Part shown: one piece after another, positions 12,701 through 23,816 of the stretch
Layout of the letters: every line of letters starts with the position of its first letter
Numbering within the stretch: position 1 is the first letter of the stretch
Assembly: GCA_964016885.1 (NCBI GenBank)
Contig: OZ024740.1
Span: 104,532,001-104,596,000, forward strand
From: Eledone cirrhosa
Lineage: Eukaryota
Length of the DNA stretch: 64,000 nt
Direction: 5' to 3'
Notes under the pieces: generated by a model
Told to the model about the DNA's origin: nothing
The model's input: the letters and a program-made list of their open reading frames with translations, nothing else
Databases searched by the model: none
Made by a program: the position numbers and the translations under genes

Positions 12701-13195
12701 ACCTTTGTTAGCCGCTCTCCAGCCATCTATTTAAAACTGTATACAGCTATGGTGCGACCACACTTGGAATTCGCATCATCAGTCTGGAACCCCTATCTTG
12801 CTCGGAACATTGACCTCCTGGAAACTGTTCAGAGACGTGCAACCAAGCGCATACCCTCCATCAGACACCTACTATACTCTGAACGCCTTGCTTCCCTGGG
12901 CATGGATTCATTGAAGCTCCGACGTCTGGCAATGGACTTGGTGAATACCCACAAAGTTTTTAACCATCTCGCCAACTGCAACCCTGAGCGCCTCTTTGAT
13001 CTCCATGTGTCTAACACACGTGGACATGCCTACAAGATAAGAAAACAGCACAGCTCCCATGACTTTCGCAGACATTTTTTCACGCTCAGAGTTGCTGAAG
13101 CATGAAACAAACTGCCTGCGTCAATTGTTAGCTGCCGAGACACTGCATCCTTTAAGACACTCATGCTTCCCGAAATACGCCAAAACTACACCTGA
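9711..13195 (+). pseudogene. CR1 ORF2 (APE-RT), disrupted
   Basis: Consecutive ORF pieces 9711-10483, 11199-11705, 11754-12134, 11962-12579 and 12386-13105, with stops and frameshifts. Confidence 0.9.
10451..11181 (-). mobile_element. RTE 3' fragment (family A) nested in CR1 ORF2
   Basis: RLRWYGHV...KTRLT, 3'UTR with two 112-bp units, (CAT)n tail. Confidence 0.95.
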
Positions 13196-13228
13196 TGTAC
13201 CCCTTCCATACACATGCACACATGTGTG

Positions 13229-13493
13229 TATCATGACTCGTGCACTGTTCATTTTACTGATGTTTGTGCATTGCCCTATGTACTGTACATGCACTTTTTT
13301 GATGAGTTGTGGTGCACCTGGGCACTGTACACAATATTTCATTATTGTTATTGTTATTATATCATGACTCATACACTGTTCATTTTCCTGACATTTGTAC
13401 ATTATTCTATGTACTATACATGCACCTTTGATGAGTTGTAGTGCACCTGAGCACTGTACACAATAATTTCATTATTATTATTATTATTATATT
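13229..13493 (+). repeat. Two ~130-bp tandem units in the CR1 3'UTR
   Basis: TATCATGACTC...TTTGATGAGTTG...GCACTGTACACAAT..TTTCATTATT repeated. Confidence 0.8.
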
Positions 13494-13950
13494 AAAAGTA
13501 AACCCCTATACTTAACTTTTGTTGACTTGGAGATAGCCTTTGACAGAGACCCCCGCTCCATTATCTGGTGGGCTCTTAGAAAACTAGGTGTTGATGAATG
13601 GCTTGTGAGAGCTATACAAGCCATGTATAAAGAAACAGTCAGCAAGGTTAGAATTAACAACGAATATAGTGAAAAATTTAGTGTAAAAGTTGGTGTTCAT
13701 CAGGGCTCTGTCCTTAGCCCCTTCCTATTTATTATTGCCCTTCAGGCTATAACAGAGGAGTTCAAGACCGGCTGCCCATGGGAACTTCTATATGCAGATG
13801 ATCTAACGCTCATAACTGAATCGATGGCTGAACTAGAGAAGAAATTCCAAACATGGAACCATAGCCTAGAATCAAAAGGCCTTAAAGTTAACTTGTCTAA
13901 GACTAAAGTTCTAGTATGTAGGAAGGAAAATAAGGCACTGGTCCCCTTCC
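13494..13950 (+). mobile_element. RTE RT fragment (left arm of fold-back)
   Basis: ORF 13527-14063 with RT motifs. Confidence 0.9.
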
Positions 13951-15018
13951 ATGTTTGGAATTTCTTCTCTAGCTCGGCCATTGATTCAGCTATGAGCGTT
14001 AGATCATCTGCGTATAGGAGTTCCCATGGGCAGCCGGTCTTGAACTCCTCTGTTATAGCCTGAAGGGCAATAATAAATAGGAAGGGGCTAAGGACAGAGC
14101 CCTGATGAACACCAACTTTTACACTAAATTTTTCACTATATTCGTTGTTAATTCTAACCTTGCTGACTGTTTCTTTATACATGGCTTGTATAGCTCTCAC
14201 AAACCATTCGTCAACACCTAGTTTTCTAAGAGTCCACCAGATAATGGAACAGGGGTCTCTGTCGAAGGCTTTCTCCAAGTCGACAAAAGCTAAGTATAGG
14301 GGTTTACTTTTAGCTAGGTACTTCTCCTGTAGTTGTCGTACAATGAAAAGAGCGTCTGTGGTACTTTTGCCTGACACAAACCCGAACTGCATTTCATCTA
14401 GATCAATTCTCTCTCTGATTAGTTGCGCTATTACTTTTTCCGTGACCTTCATGACCTGGTCGATTAATTTAATGCCTCTATAGTTACTCCTATCTAGGGC
14501 ATCTCCTTTACCCTTATAACAGTTAATGATGATGCTGCTACGCGAGTCCTTCGGAACAACCCCATTCTGTACGACTTGGTTTACTATCCGGGTGACCATG
14601 GTGTGTCCCATCGTTCCAGATGCCTTCAGCATCTCAGCAACTATTTCCGAAGGCCCAGCTGCCTTACCCGTCTTCATATCTTTGATTGCCTTACTTATTA
14701 TACTACCCTCGACTAACACTGCTGGTCCCTCTATTGGGTCGATGTGGGGGAGACTGTCTTTCTCCCATTTATTCTCCTCATTTAGTAGCCTTTCGTAGTG
14801 ACACTTCCAAGCTACCTTCTTATCAGCGTCGGTGATGTCAAGTACGCCATCATCATTAAGTACACACTTCTCCCCGACAATATCACGGTTTTCCTTGACA
14901 CATTGCCTAGCAATCCTGAACACCTCACGTTTTTGGTCCTCGCGTTGTAGAACATGCTTGAACTTTCTTTCCTGTGCTTCCCTTCTTGCGAAATACACTT
15001 GTCTCCTAGCTTCCCTCC
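13946..15018 (-). mobile_element. RTE ORF fragment (right arm of fold-back)
   Basis: ORF 13742-15046 matches roughly aa 410-765 of the 1040-aa ORF. Confidence 0.9.
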
Positions 15019-15056
15019 TAACAAAAAGGTAATAAAGAAGTCTCAATGATCCTTAC

Positions 15057-15113
15057 CTTTCTTCGTTCATCTAACAGTGAGAATAAGGCATTCACTTCAA
15101 CTAAGTGAATTTT
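15057..15113 (-). CDS. STUB1: STUB1/CHIP exon preceding the U-box (exon 5 equivalent)
   Basis: ctttgcag|...|gtaagg, 57 bp, phase 0/0. KIHLVEVNALFSLLDERRK aligns with CHIP DKYMADMDELFSQVDEKRK. Confidence 0.87.
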
Positions 15114-16676
15114 CTGCAAAGAAGAAATAGACAGTAGAAATATATGGAAATGAAAATACACATTATGTTGGGTGGGTGAGTGTGCATACACATACAGCCA
15201 CACTGAAATACATACACATACACCCACACTGAAACACATACACAAGGAAGTCACATCAACCAAGAGTGTTAAGTTTAACCATTTCCTGACCATATTTCTA
15301 ATGAAAGACACTGCCTACAGATATTTTCAGCTTCTCAGTGACTATAGTCCCAACATTCCAGCTTCCTTCCCATTACTTTATCTACCATACCACATTTCAG
15401 GCCCGATTGTCATACCACACACCCCATACAAATCTCTTACTTTCTGCTCACACCTAGTTAGTTAAGTATACCTGACACCTACATATATATTTCGCTTGTT
15501 AGTATTAGGACTGATCTCTGGCAATGATTTGCTCCGTCAGTCCTAGCTACGCTCTGTTCATAATGTTTTGGAAATATCACTTAGTTTCTATGTACAGTGC
15601 TTGCTAATGCATCTGCTGTGCATAGGATGCGACATTGAAACTGTACAGTTAAGAGCATTCTTTTTGTTCCCACACTAAGCTGTTTATCTGTGTAATGTAT
15701 AGTGTACACCCCGATTTGCAAATTTATATGTGGAACATGCGATTTCTGTAAATTCATTGAGTGAGTGGATGGCAGTGAAGCTAGAATGAAATCTAAACGT
15801 CTGGTTCATTATAATTAATGTTTATTTCTCCCCAGTATCAGATGTGCTTTTAATCGCAAATTGAATACTAATTATTTTATATTAGTTCGATTTTCTACGT
15901 ATTGCATACTTCTGTTATTTACAAACTACCTTGGTTGAGAGCTTCGGCACATTTTCAAACAATTTGAATTTCAACAGCAATAGTGTGCTTTTTCCTAAAG
16001 GCGGAATTCTACTGCCTTCCACTTTAAAAGGTCAAGTCATGCTGCCACACTGTGAAACTGCTACCACTGCCACAGTGGGTTTAAATTTTGACTCTGGCAG
16101 TATCTTGGAAAATTCCCCCGTTTGTAATTTTTTTGAAATATCACATGGTTTCTGTATGCAGTGTTTGCTAAGCCATTTATCCACTGTGTTGTGTCCAGTC
16201 TGATTTGCAAATTTGTATTTACATGCGATTTTTGTAAATTCATTGAGTGAGTGGATTACAGCAAAGCTAGGACAAAATCTAAACGTCTGGCTCATTATAA
16301 TTTTATTCCATTATATCATCCTGTAATGTACATTTCAAAGGTACAGAAAGGTCGTTATTAAACAATTACACAATACGTTTTCATCAGAGAGGAAGTTCCA
16401 ATGTAAATATTATTTATTTACATTGGAACTTCCTGTCTGACAAAAACGTAAAAAAATAATTGTTGAATACCTCTGAAATGTGCATAACAAGATGATGAAT
16501 TTGAATAACAAGATGATGAATTTGAATAAAATGATGTTGAATATGTGATGCCATCCTTTCTTTTCTTAATATTGATACTCCATCTAATACCATATACATA
16601 ATAACTTGTGACATCAAGTGCTTCTGCCTAATTACAACATTGTTAGTCAATTGCTTGGATCAACCAACACTGATTA

Positions 16677-17357
16677 TCAGAAATGAAGCTTGCATGCTCT
16701 GATGGATATGTAATATACATGAACAGCAAAGCATAAACGAAATGAGAGAGAAACTAGGCATAAGAGGAATCAGATACAGTGTTCAAGAGAAGAGGCTGTC
16801 TTGGTATGGACATGTGATGCGTATGAAGGATGACAGCTGTATAAAAAGGTGCAGAGCACTCAAAGTTAATGGAAGCCATGGGGTGGGAAGACCCAGGAAG
16901 ACTTGGGATATGTTGATAAAAGCTGACCTTGCACCTCCCAAAGGCGATGACACAGGACTGAGATCTCTGACGTTATGCAATAATACAGAAGACCCACCTT
17001 CTCATGAGCACAGGCTGAAGCACACACACAGTGTGTCCCACCTTCAGCCCCCCCCCCCCCCCCATGAGCACTGGCTGAAGCATACATCTAGTGCGCACTA
17101 CCTTCACCTCCAGCCCACTTCCATTTAACTCCCACGTCATAACACCCCGCCCCTCATACACACCAAATACCCACCTCCCCAGTCCCCCTCACAGGAAATG
17201 TGGTCAGCGTTAGGAAGGGCATCCAACCATAGAAACCAAGCCAAAAGCAGTTCCGTATGAGCAAGGCATGCCCTCCTCACCTGGCATTACTCACAATTGG
17301 ACAACTCATCTAACCCAAGCTAGCATGGAAAAATGAACGCTAAATGGTGATGATGAT
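16677..17357 (+). mobile_element. Diverged RTE 3' fragment
   Basis: RLSWYGHVMRM...GRPRKTW; RTE-type tail. Confidence 0.85.
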
Positions 17358-17408
17358 ATATATCTTGCATCATTGATGAACAGTATGTTTTATGAATATA
17401 TATATATC

Positions 17409-18000
17409 CTCATCACTGTTTAACAGCCATTTTCCATGTTAGCATGGGCTTGACGAGTTGTCCTGTTGTGAGACAAGTCAGATCAGATGACCATGTTTTG
17501 CTTACACAGACCCATTTCTGGCTTGGTTCCTATGGCTGGATGCCCTTCCTAACAACAACCACATTTACAATGTGGACTATGTGCCTTTTAACGTGGCACC
17601 AAAACAACCACATTTACAATGTGGACTATGTGCCTTTTAACATGGCACCAAAACAACCACTTTACAATTGTGGACCGGACACTTGTGTTGTCTCACCAGC
17701 ATGACCACTTTAGAGGTTAGGCTAGGAGCTTTTGTCATGTGGCCAACACACCCACTTTACAAGGTGGGCAGGGCGATTATTGTCAATTTTTACTACCAAC
17801 CCAACCACTCCACAGGCCAAACCAGGCGCCTTCTGTCATACCACCAATACAATCTCTTTGCAGGGCGAGCTGGGTGCCTCCCGTCATGTTCTCAATATAA
17901 CCACCTTACAGTGGGGGAAGGACTGGGCACCCACTTGTCATGTCACCAGCACAACTATCCTGCAGGGAGGGTTAGGTGCTTTTTTTTGTCATGTTACCTA
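17409..18000 (-). mobile_element. RTE-type tail with a decaying array of ~40-45-bp 3'UTR repeats
   Basis: GGATGCCCTTCCTAAC motif and repeated AACCAC(A)TTTACA..GTGG units. Confidence 0.6.
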
Positions 18001-18369
18001 ACAGAGAGGACTTGATGATCTTTTGACATACACCAACATGAGAACCTAAGCTGGGGGGGGGGGGGGTTAACACATAGAAGGAGTATGATTATTATCATTA
18101 TAGGATAGAATGTCCAATGGTGAAACTTAAACTGCTTGAATGGCAAAATTGGTGTATATGTTGTGGCTGTATGTATGTATGTTTTTTTTTCCATTTCAGG
18201 TAGACACGCTCCATCATCCACTTTTCTAAAAAATAAATCATACACAAAACGCCAGCACCAACAGTTTTGCAAGAGATGTCAACATGAATGGACCTGTTAT
18301 TTTTATCTAAAGACATTTTTTCCAATTCCAACCCACCCGTCCCCTCAATCTATCTTATTTCTCATTCTT

Positions 18370-18405
18370 TCTTCTGATGAAGGGCTAGCGTCCGAAACAT
18401 TAAGA
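18370..18405 (+). ncRNA. Decayed minimal Penelope-type hammerhead
   Basis: tctt-CTGATGA-agggc tagc gtcc-GAAA-catt-aaga. Stem III has ACAT where ACGT is expected. Confidence 0.6.
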
Positions 18406-18850
18406 CCCTCTTCCTGCTATATCAAGTGTTAACCTAATATATGCCTTCCATATACTGTACCAATCGTGTTGTTATTTCTGTTTACCTTTTACATACATAT
18501 ATATATATATATACACACACACAAACATACCACAAGAAATGCATACAACACATATCACTAACATAAATCAAAGTCAATATTTATAAGGAGTGGTGGTGAT
18601 GGTATGCAGTGATGGGTTGAATTATCCCAGCTCTTGCTACGACATTTATCAATATGTCTATGCATTAATATATCTACAAACGTTGACAAGGGTGTTAAAA
18701 CATGAAAGTATAGGGGAGGGAGGAACTAAAGTAACACCCTGTTTTTTGCTAAGCTTGAATCTAGATGAAATTTTGTATATTTGTGAAATCTAAATAACTA
18801 ACAACAAAGAAATAAAGGAAAAACATAGTTTCATTTAACACACAATTTAA

Positions 18851-19292
18851 CCCCTTTGCCCTTTTGTAACTATATTTCAAAGGGAAGACATTGCCTATGA
18901 TTTTTAAATCATTTTGAAAGTAATTAGAAATTTGGAAGGATTACCATACATAATCGAATAGAAGCCGATCCCACTATTTTATGTCTGAGAAATGGGCAAG
19001 AATCCATTACGTAGATGAAGTTGGTGAAAATCGTCAAAATGTTGACTCCGAATATAACCTGACCCCTCATCTACCATCGATTTTTTGTCACATGTTCCTC
19101 GGCTTATAGTCGATTATTTATGGCAAGTAGTATATCTAACTTTCTCATTATTAAGCTGGTCTTCCAAACATAACTTAAAGGTTTCTACATAAAATTATTA
19201 TGGAAGGTTTTAGATAAATACAAACACTTTAAAATAAATAGCTTTGTATCAAAGAACCAGAGACAGTTTTAGGCAGTTTGGTATCATGAAGG
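18851..19292. mobile_element. piggyBac-like MITE family 2 with a nested MITE
   Basis: TTAA|CCC left end; homologous to 31853-32075, to 26.1 kb and to the copy split at 26993/31244. Confidence 0.55.
18944..19123. mobile_element. pogo/Tc1-like MITE
   Basis: ~25-bp TIRs ccatacataatcgaatagaagccga / tcggcttatagtcgattatttatgg. Confidence 0.7.
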
Positions 19293-19903
19293 TCAATGTG
19301 AATTCCAAGGTATGTGTGGAATTGCAGTTCTTCTTACTAAATAAACAATTTTGTAAAAGATATAAATTACACTTTTGTATACCTCTTACAAACTAAACTG
19401 GCTCTTTAATAATGTAAAAAAACGGGGAAAATTATGATATTACATAATAGTAGAACACTGGGAATGAATGGACAAAGAGAAACAATGCAATTGCAAGAAA
19501 CCAGAGTTACGCCCCCTAGATAACTCTCTTTTTTGCAATGAACATCACCTGAGCCATTATCATAAACGGTAAACAAAAAACATCATACATTGACTTAACA
19601 AAGAGTTAATTTTAAAATCATCTTTGTCAAAATATGAGCTCCCTTAAACAATGTTAAAAAGTAAACAGCACACAATGGACAAAGGTAAGAACAGCACAAT
19701 CCCATATGAAATCCGGAAGATGCAGTCTTTGTTTAGCAGAGAAATTCCACATTCTGTTACAAATAATCCACCTGAAACAAAAGAGCAGATATAATATCCA
19801 CCTGTAGTCAAAAGCAGACAACCACTTCTGGTCATTGTCGCACATCACATGACCCTCTTGATACAAATTGAAACATAGTTACACAGATTACATACATATA
19901 TAT

Positions 19904-20490
19904 ATCATCATCATCATCACCATTTAACATCCATTTTTCCATGCTTACATGGGTGAGATGGGTTGTCCTTACGAGAGACAACTCTAGCCAGGATTGGCTA
20001 TGCCATACCTTGCTCTGATGGGACTGTAAATTTGGCCAGGATTTTTAAAGCTGGATGCCCTTCCTAACACCAACCACATTTGCAGTGTGGGACAGGATGG
20101 CACCGTTACAAGGAAGAACAGGCCAGTTGGCCACACCAAACTCTTCTCACAGTAGAACCATAGTCTGGGACCCGCAACCACAACTACAGTGAGGCCAAGT
20201 ACACCATTAACATCTCAGGAACACCTCTCTCCGTCAACATCACTATTTTCCCCGACACACTGCTTCACAACTCTGAACACCTCATGCCTTTGGTCCTTGT
20301 GTAGAACATGCTTAAATTTCTTATTTTCTGTCTCACTTCTTGCAAAGTATATTTGTCACTTAGCTTCTCTCCTAGCATCCTGATAATGCTTTCTACTTGT
20401 CCCATTCTGCCATTCTTTCCATGACTGTCTTTTGGCCTTAATTGTCTCGTACACCCTACTATTCCATCACCAAGTCACTCTCCTACCTAG
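19904..20490 (-). mobile_element. Old internally deleted RTE
   Basis: (CAT)n tail and GGATGCCCTTCC motif joined to a segment homologous to 28540-28830 (RVTW.WN...EVFR). Confidence 0.7.
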
Positions 20491-20739
20491 ATACCACAAG
20501 AGAATGGACTGAAGAAAAAACAAGCAGTGATTCACTGGACTTTTGCAAACATGAAAGCATTTGCCTGCAACATATTAACTTACTCGCATAATTGTGTAAC
20601 ATCTGATGATGTCACAGTGGTGCTAGTTGCTTGTGTAATGATTGCATAACAACTCAATACTGAAGTCACTGAAGTATGTAATATCCAATAAATACAATTA
20701 TGTAACATCTATCTAAACATTGTCACAAATCTGATTGAT

Positions 20740-21103
20740 ATAAGACTTGGCTTGTCTTGTCTTCCTCTGCTAGATCTTCCTTATGTAATCTTGCACAAAA
20801 GAACTGCATCTTTAGCTCTCCATCAATGCCTTGTGAATTTGATTTTATGCTCTTTGGTGATGTCTGATACAGGACGAAGATTTCCATACAGTCACTCATT
20901 GGTCAGATGATCTCTCCAAGTAACATTCAAAGCCACTCTTAGCATTGAAGGTGTAGGCTCTATCAAATCTTCTTTCCAGAATAGAAGTAACAGTTGCTTG
21001 AAAAAGGCTCCTTTTCATATTGTCTGGAAGTCTAGATTTCCACACTAGAGATAACTTGCCAATGGCACCCCAGGCACTACCAATGCGTGTGTTTACATCT
21101 CAT

Positions 21104-21105
<2 letters not shown>
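20740..21105 (-). mobile_element. Old RTE C-terminal fragment of a different lineage
   Basis: Manual translation TRIGSAWGAIGKLSLVWKSRLPDNMKRSLFQATVTSIL resembles the RTE post-RT region. Confidence 0.65.
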
Positions 21106-21136
<31 letters not shown>

Positions 21137-21139
<3 letters not shown>

Positions 21140-21568
21140 TATTTTGCAATACACTGTATGCTTAATTAAAAGCATTTCGAAGACCTTACGCTATTGTTTT
21201 AGAGTAGTGACAGTCTCACTTACTTTAAATTTTCAGCAAACAGGGGAGATAAAGCTGACAGAGCTCTGTTTCGTACTGATTGGTACTTATCAAAGCCAAG
21301 TACTCCACCTGTTTGCTGAAAATCATGAATGTTTGATTCTTATAGAATTCTAGTAATAATCAGGAACTGATTATACAGAGCAGTTGCCGGTCAAGCAGAA
21401 ATTGAAAATTAGAATTGGTGCTCTGAAATAGCGATATATATATGAATATATATATAATGTATTTTGCAATACACTGTATGCTTAATTAAAAGCATTTCGA
21501 AGACCTTACGATATTGTTTTACACTATATATACATTCATATATATATATCGCTATTTCAGAGCACCAA

Positions 21569-21575
<7 letters not shown>
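21137..21575 (-). mobile_element. Retrozyme-like element, locus 1 (320-bp period, inverted terminal piece)
   Basis: GTATTTTGCAATACAC recurs at 21139 and 21459; 21525-21575 inverts ~21408-21456; flanked by (TA)n; contains a hammerhead. Confidence 0.82.
21253..21297 (-). ncRNA. Type I hammerhead ribozyme, U3-A8 core variant
   Basis: Minus strand: ggct-TTGATAA-gtac caatca gtac-GAAA-cagagctctg-TC-agct. Confidence 0.85.
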
Positions 21576-21640
<65 letters not shown>

Positions 21641-21664
21641 AGGACAAAGCAAACAATTACTTAC

Positions 21665-21740
21665 ATGTTCCTGTTCTATATTCTCCAATTCTTCTGTACA
21701 GTCGGTGTCTTTATACATCTGCCGCACTAGTTCTTGCTGC
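21665..21740 (-). CDS. STUB1: STUB1/CHIP next exon (variable linker; exon 4 equivalent)
   Basis: ttattgtag|...|gtaagt, 76 bp. The phase-2 start completes the Arg codon of the previous exon; reads (R)QQELVRQMYKDTDCTEELENIEQEH and ends in phase 0 at His, as in CHIP ...IEAKH. Confidence 0.82.
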
Positions 21741-22213
21741 CTACAATAACCACCATCAAAAAGACACTTAGAAAATCAACAAACAAATGATGAAACACCA
21801 AAATGCTTTCTTTTAAAAAGTTTTCCTTTTCTTATCTCTTTTATTACCATATTTCTAATGAAAGGCACCACCTGATTTGATTCTCTACCTGGAGTACTTG
21901 GAATAGATTCAACATAATGCTGAAGAAATGTTCCCCTATATTTCACATTCTGAATTGACTCGGTTGCACAAACCTTTTCTTGGATCCCAGGGACTAGAGA
22001 ATGATGGGTTGATTGAGATCATGATTAGGCTACACTATTAAATCGAATAAATTTAAACTTAATATAAACCCATAAATGTACAAACAAATAAGTTTTTTAA
22101 CTAATTACCTTTTAATTAATTGTTTACGTTTTAACTAACTACCTATATTATAATAACTATTCACCTTTTATAACTTTATAATTTTTTACTTTTTATTGAT
22201 CTATTTACCCAGT

Positions 22214-22401
22214 AGGATTGGCAGTATCGGTAGAGCATTGGACAACATGCTTTGTTGCATAGAGTTATGCCCCTTTACGTTCTGAGTTCAAATCCCGCTG
22301 AGGTTAACTTTACCTTTCATCCTTACGCCGTCAATAAAATAAAGTACCAGTAATGCACTGGGGTAATTGCTGGCCTTGTGCCAAAAAGAAGAAACAATTA
22401 T
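22214..22401 (+). mobile_element. tRNA-derived SINE, family 1
   Basis: Homologous to 2713-2897. Confidence 0.85.
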
Positions 22402-22415
22402 TATAATTTTAATTA

Positions 22416-22584
22416 CTGTATTTCTCAGCGTGGAAGACGCTACTTTTTTCCTAAAATAAGTCTGAAAAATCTACCATGCGTCCTGGAGGCCGATGGTTGT
22501 TTATTATTTTTTTTTCAAATTTTTGGTTGTCAAAATTGGGGTGCATCCTCGAGGATGAAGCATCTTCGGCACCGGGAAATACGG
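22416..22584. mobile_element. pogo/Tigger-like MITE
   Basis: TA|CTGTATTTC...GAAATACGG|TA. Confidence 0.65.
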
Positions 22585-23248
22585 TATTTATCACTAGTTC
22601 CCAATTATATAATCTTTGTAAACTCTATAGGTTTTATAATGTTTTACACCATTAATTTTGATACCCTTTAAGAGATTTACGGTTACATTTCCCTGATTTT
22701 TGTCCAGGGACTAGCACAGTAATCACAGACAACATCCTTGTAAAATGCATCAAACAGTTGACTGAGTGGCTTTACAACTAGCCAGAATGTGTCGCTGTCA
22801 AGCAACCACCCCATGGTTATGCCCATGAATCCACAATGCATAACATTGTTGAGTGTGTGGCATACGGAGGCAATCTGTCATTGAGGACCACCTCCATATC
22901 AATTCTTTGTTTATATTTTGCTGTAATCCAGTAACTGGTTACTTAATCTTTTATGTGAATAACACCTGAATATGTCTTGCGTCATGACCTGATGATATGA
23001 GATTCCCAGCCATAGAAATATTTATCAGGATTTTGCAACATTAAAAGAATATTCCGAATCTGGCCATTTTTTTTTCATTCAAATATTTAACTTTGTTCCT
23101 GCATCAACCTTGAGATACCACATGTACGATGGATGATACACATAATGTGGAGTGCTTTGGTTTATTGCATCACGGTCTGCTAATCGAAATTACTAAATCT
23201 ACCCATTAGTTAAACCATCCAACAGAAATTATATATATATATATATAT

Positions 23249-23778
23249 AGTGGTAGAACACTGTAAGGTAATATCCGTAGTGGTAGAGCACTCAGTCCGT
23301 GGGACGAGTTAGGTAGAAGTGGTTACGATTTAAGGAACGCTTCCTGAACCACCAGTCGACCTTTAGGTACCCGGACAGACGTTCATCCACGAAACTCGCA
23401 AGCCACGTATGGTCCCTCAAGGACTCAAGTATAGACTACCCCATTCAATGGAAAGCCATCACTAAGTCCAAGCCATACGCAAGGGGAAACCCGTCGTGTG
23501 GACTATGTATTGATGAACGAATAAATATTCTAAAGAGATTATGCAATAGCGATTACCTAAACACGAGAAATGAATTCTTCACACCTTGTCCACACGTCTC
23601 GAAAAACCTCTTACGTAACTAGTATTTTAGTATTGCCTGTGTGAAGTGATCGTTTCTGCGCTTGCGCATTCGTACGGTTGTCCTTCCTGTTCCGTATAAC
23701 CATGTCTATTATGAGCTGAGGATCCGCTAAGGTGAAACAATTTTTCTCGGTATGGTGAACTAACTGTTGGGTAACCAC

Positions 23779-23783
<5 letters not shown>
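23249..23783 (+). mobile_element. 5'-truncated Penelope-like element (Naiad-type GIY-YIG C-terminus plus 3' hammerhead)
   Basis: FKERFLNHQSTFR...STKLASHVWSLKD..DY / IQWK..TKSKPY..GNPSCGLCIDER..IL...LNTRNEFFTPCPH..KNLL*, with one frameshift; inside (TA)n. Confidence 0.85.
23713..23748 (+). ncRNA. Probable decayed hammerhead in the Naiad-like 3'UTR
   Basis: gag-CTGAGGA-tcc gctaa ggt-GAAA-caattt-TT-ctc. Stem III is one base short of the palindrome ACAATTGT. Confidence 0.55.

Positions 23784-23816
<33 letters not shown>

Larger units (their letters stand above)
7920..13493 (+). mobile_element. Near full-length degenerate CR1-type LINE, interrupted by an RTE
   Basis: Cys-rich ORF1; APE endonuclease (SLNARSL, TETW, VYRPP, LDLIF, SDH); RT (NYRPVSLT, VPQGSVLGP, YADD); CR1-like C-terminus (RRHFFTLRV); (ATT)n tail. 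5' boundary approximate. Confidence 0.9.

Noticed and set aside
15018-15311. 97-aa stand-alone ORF
   Set aside because: Only the 57-bp segment bounded by splice sites is CHIP-like; the rest is intron.
23620-23700. SECIS element in the Naiad-like 3'UTR
   Set aside because: No convincing AUGA/GA quartet with apical AA seen.
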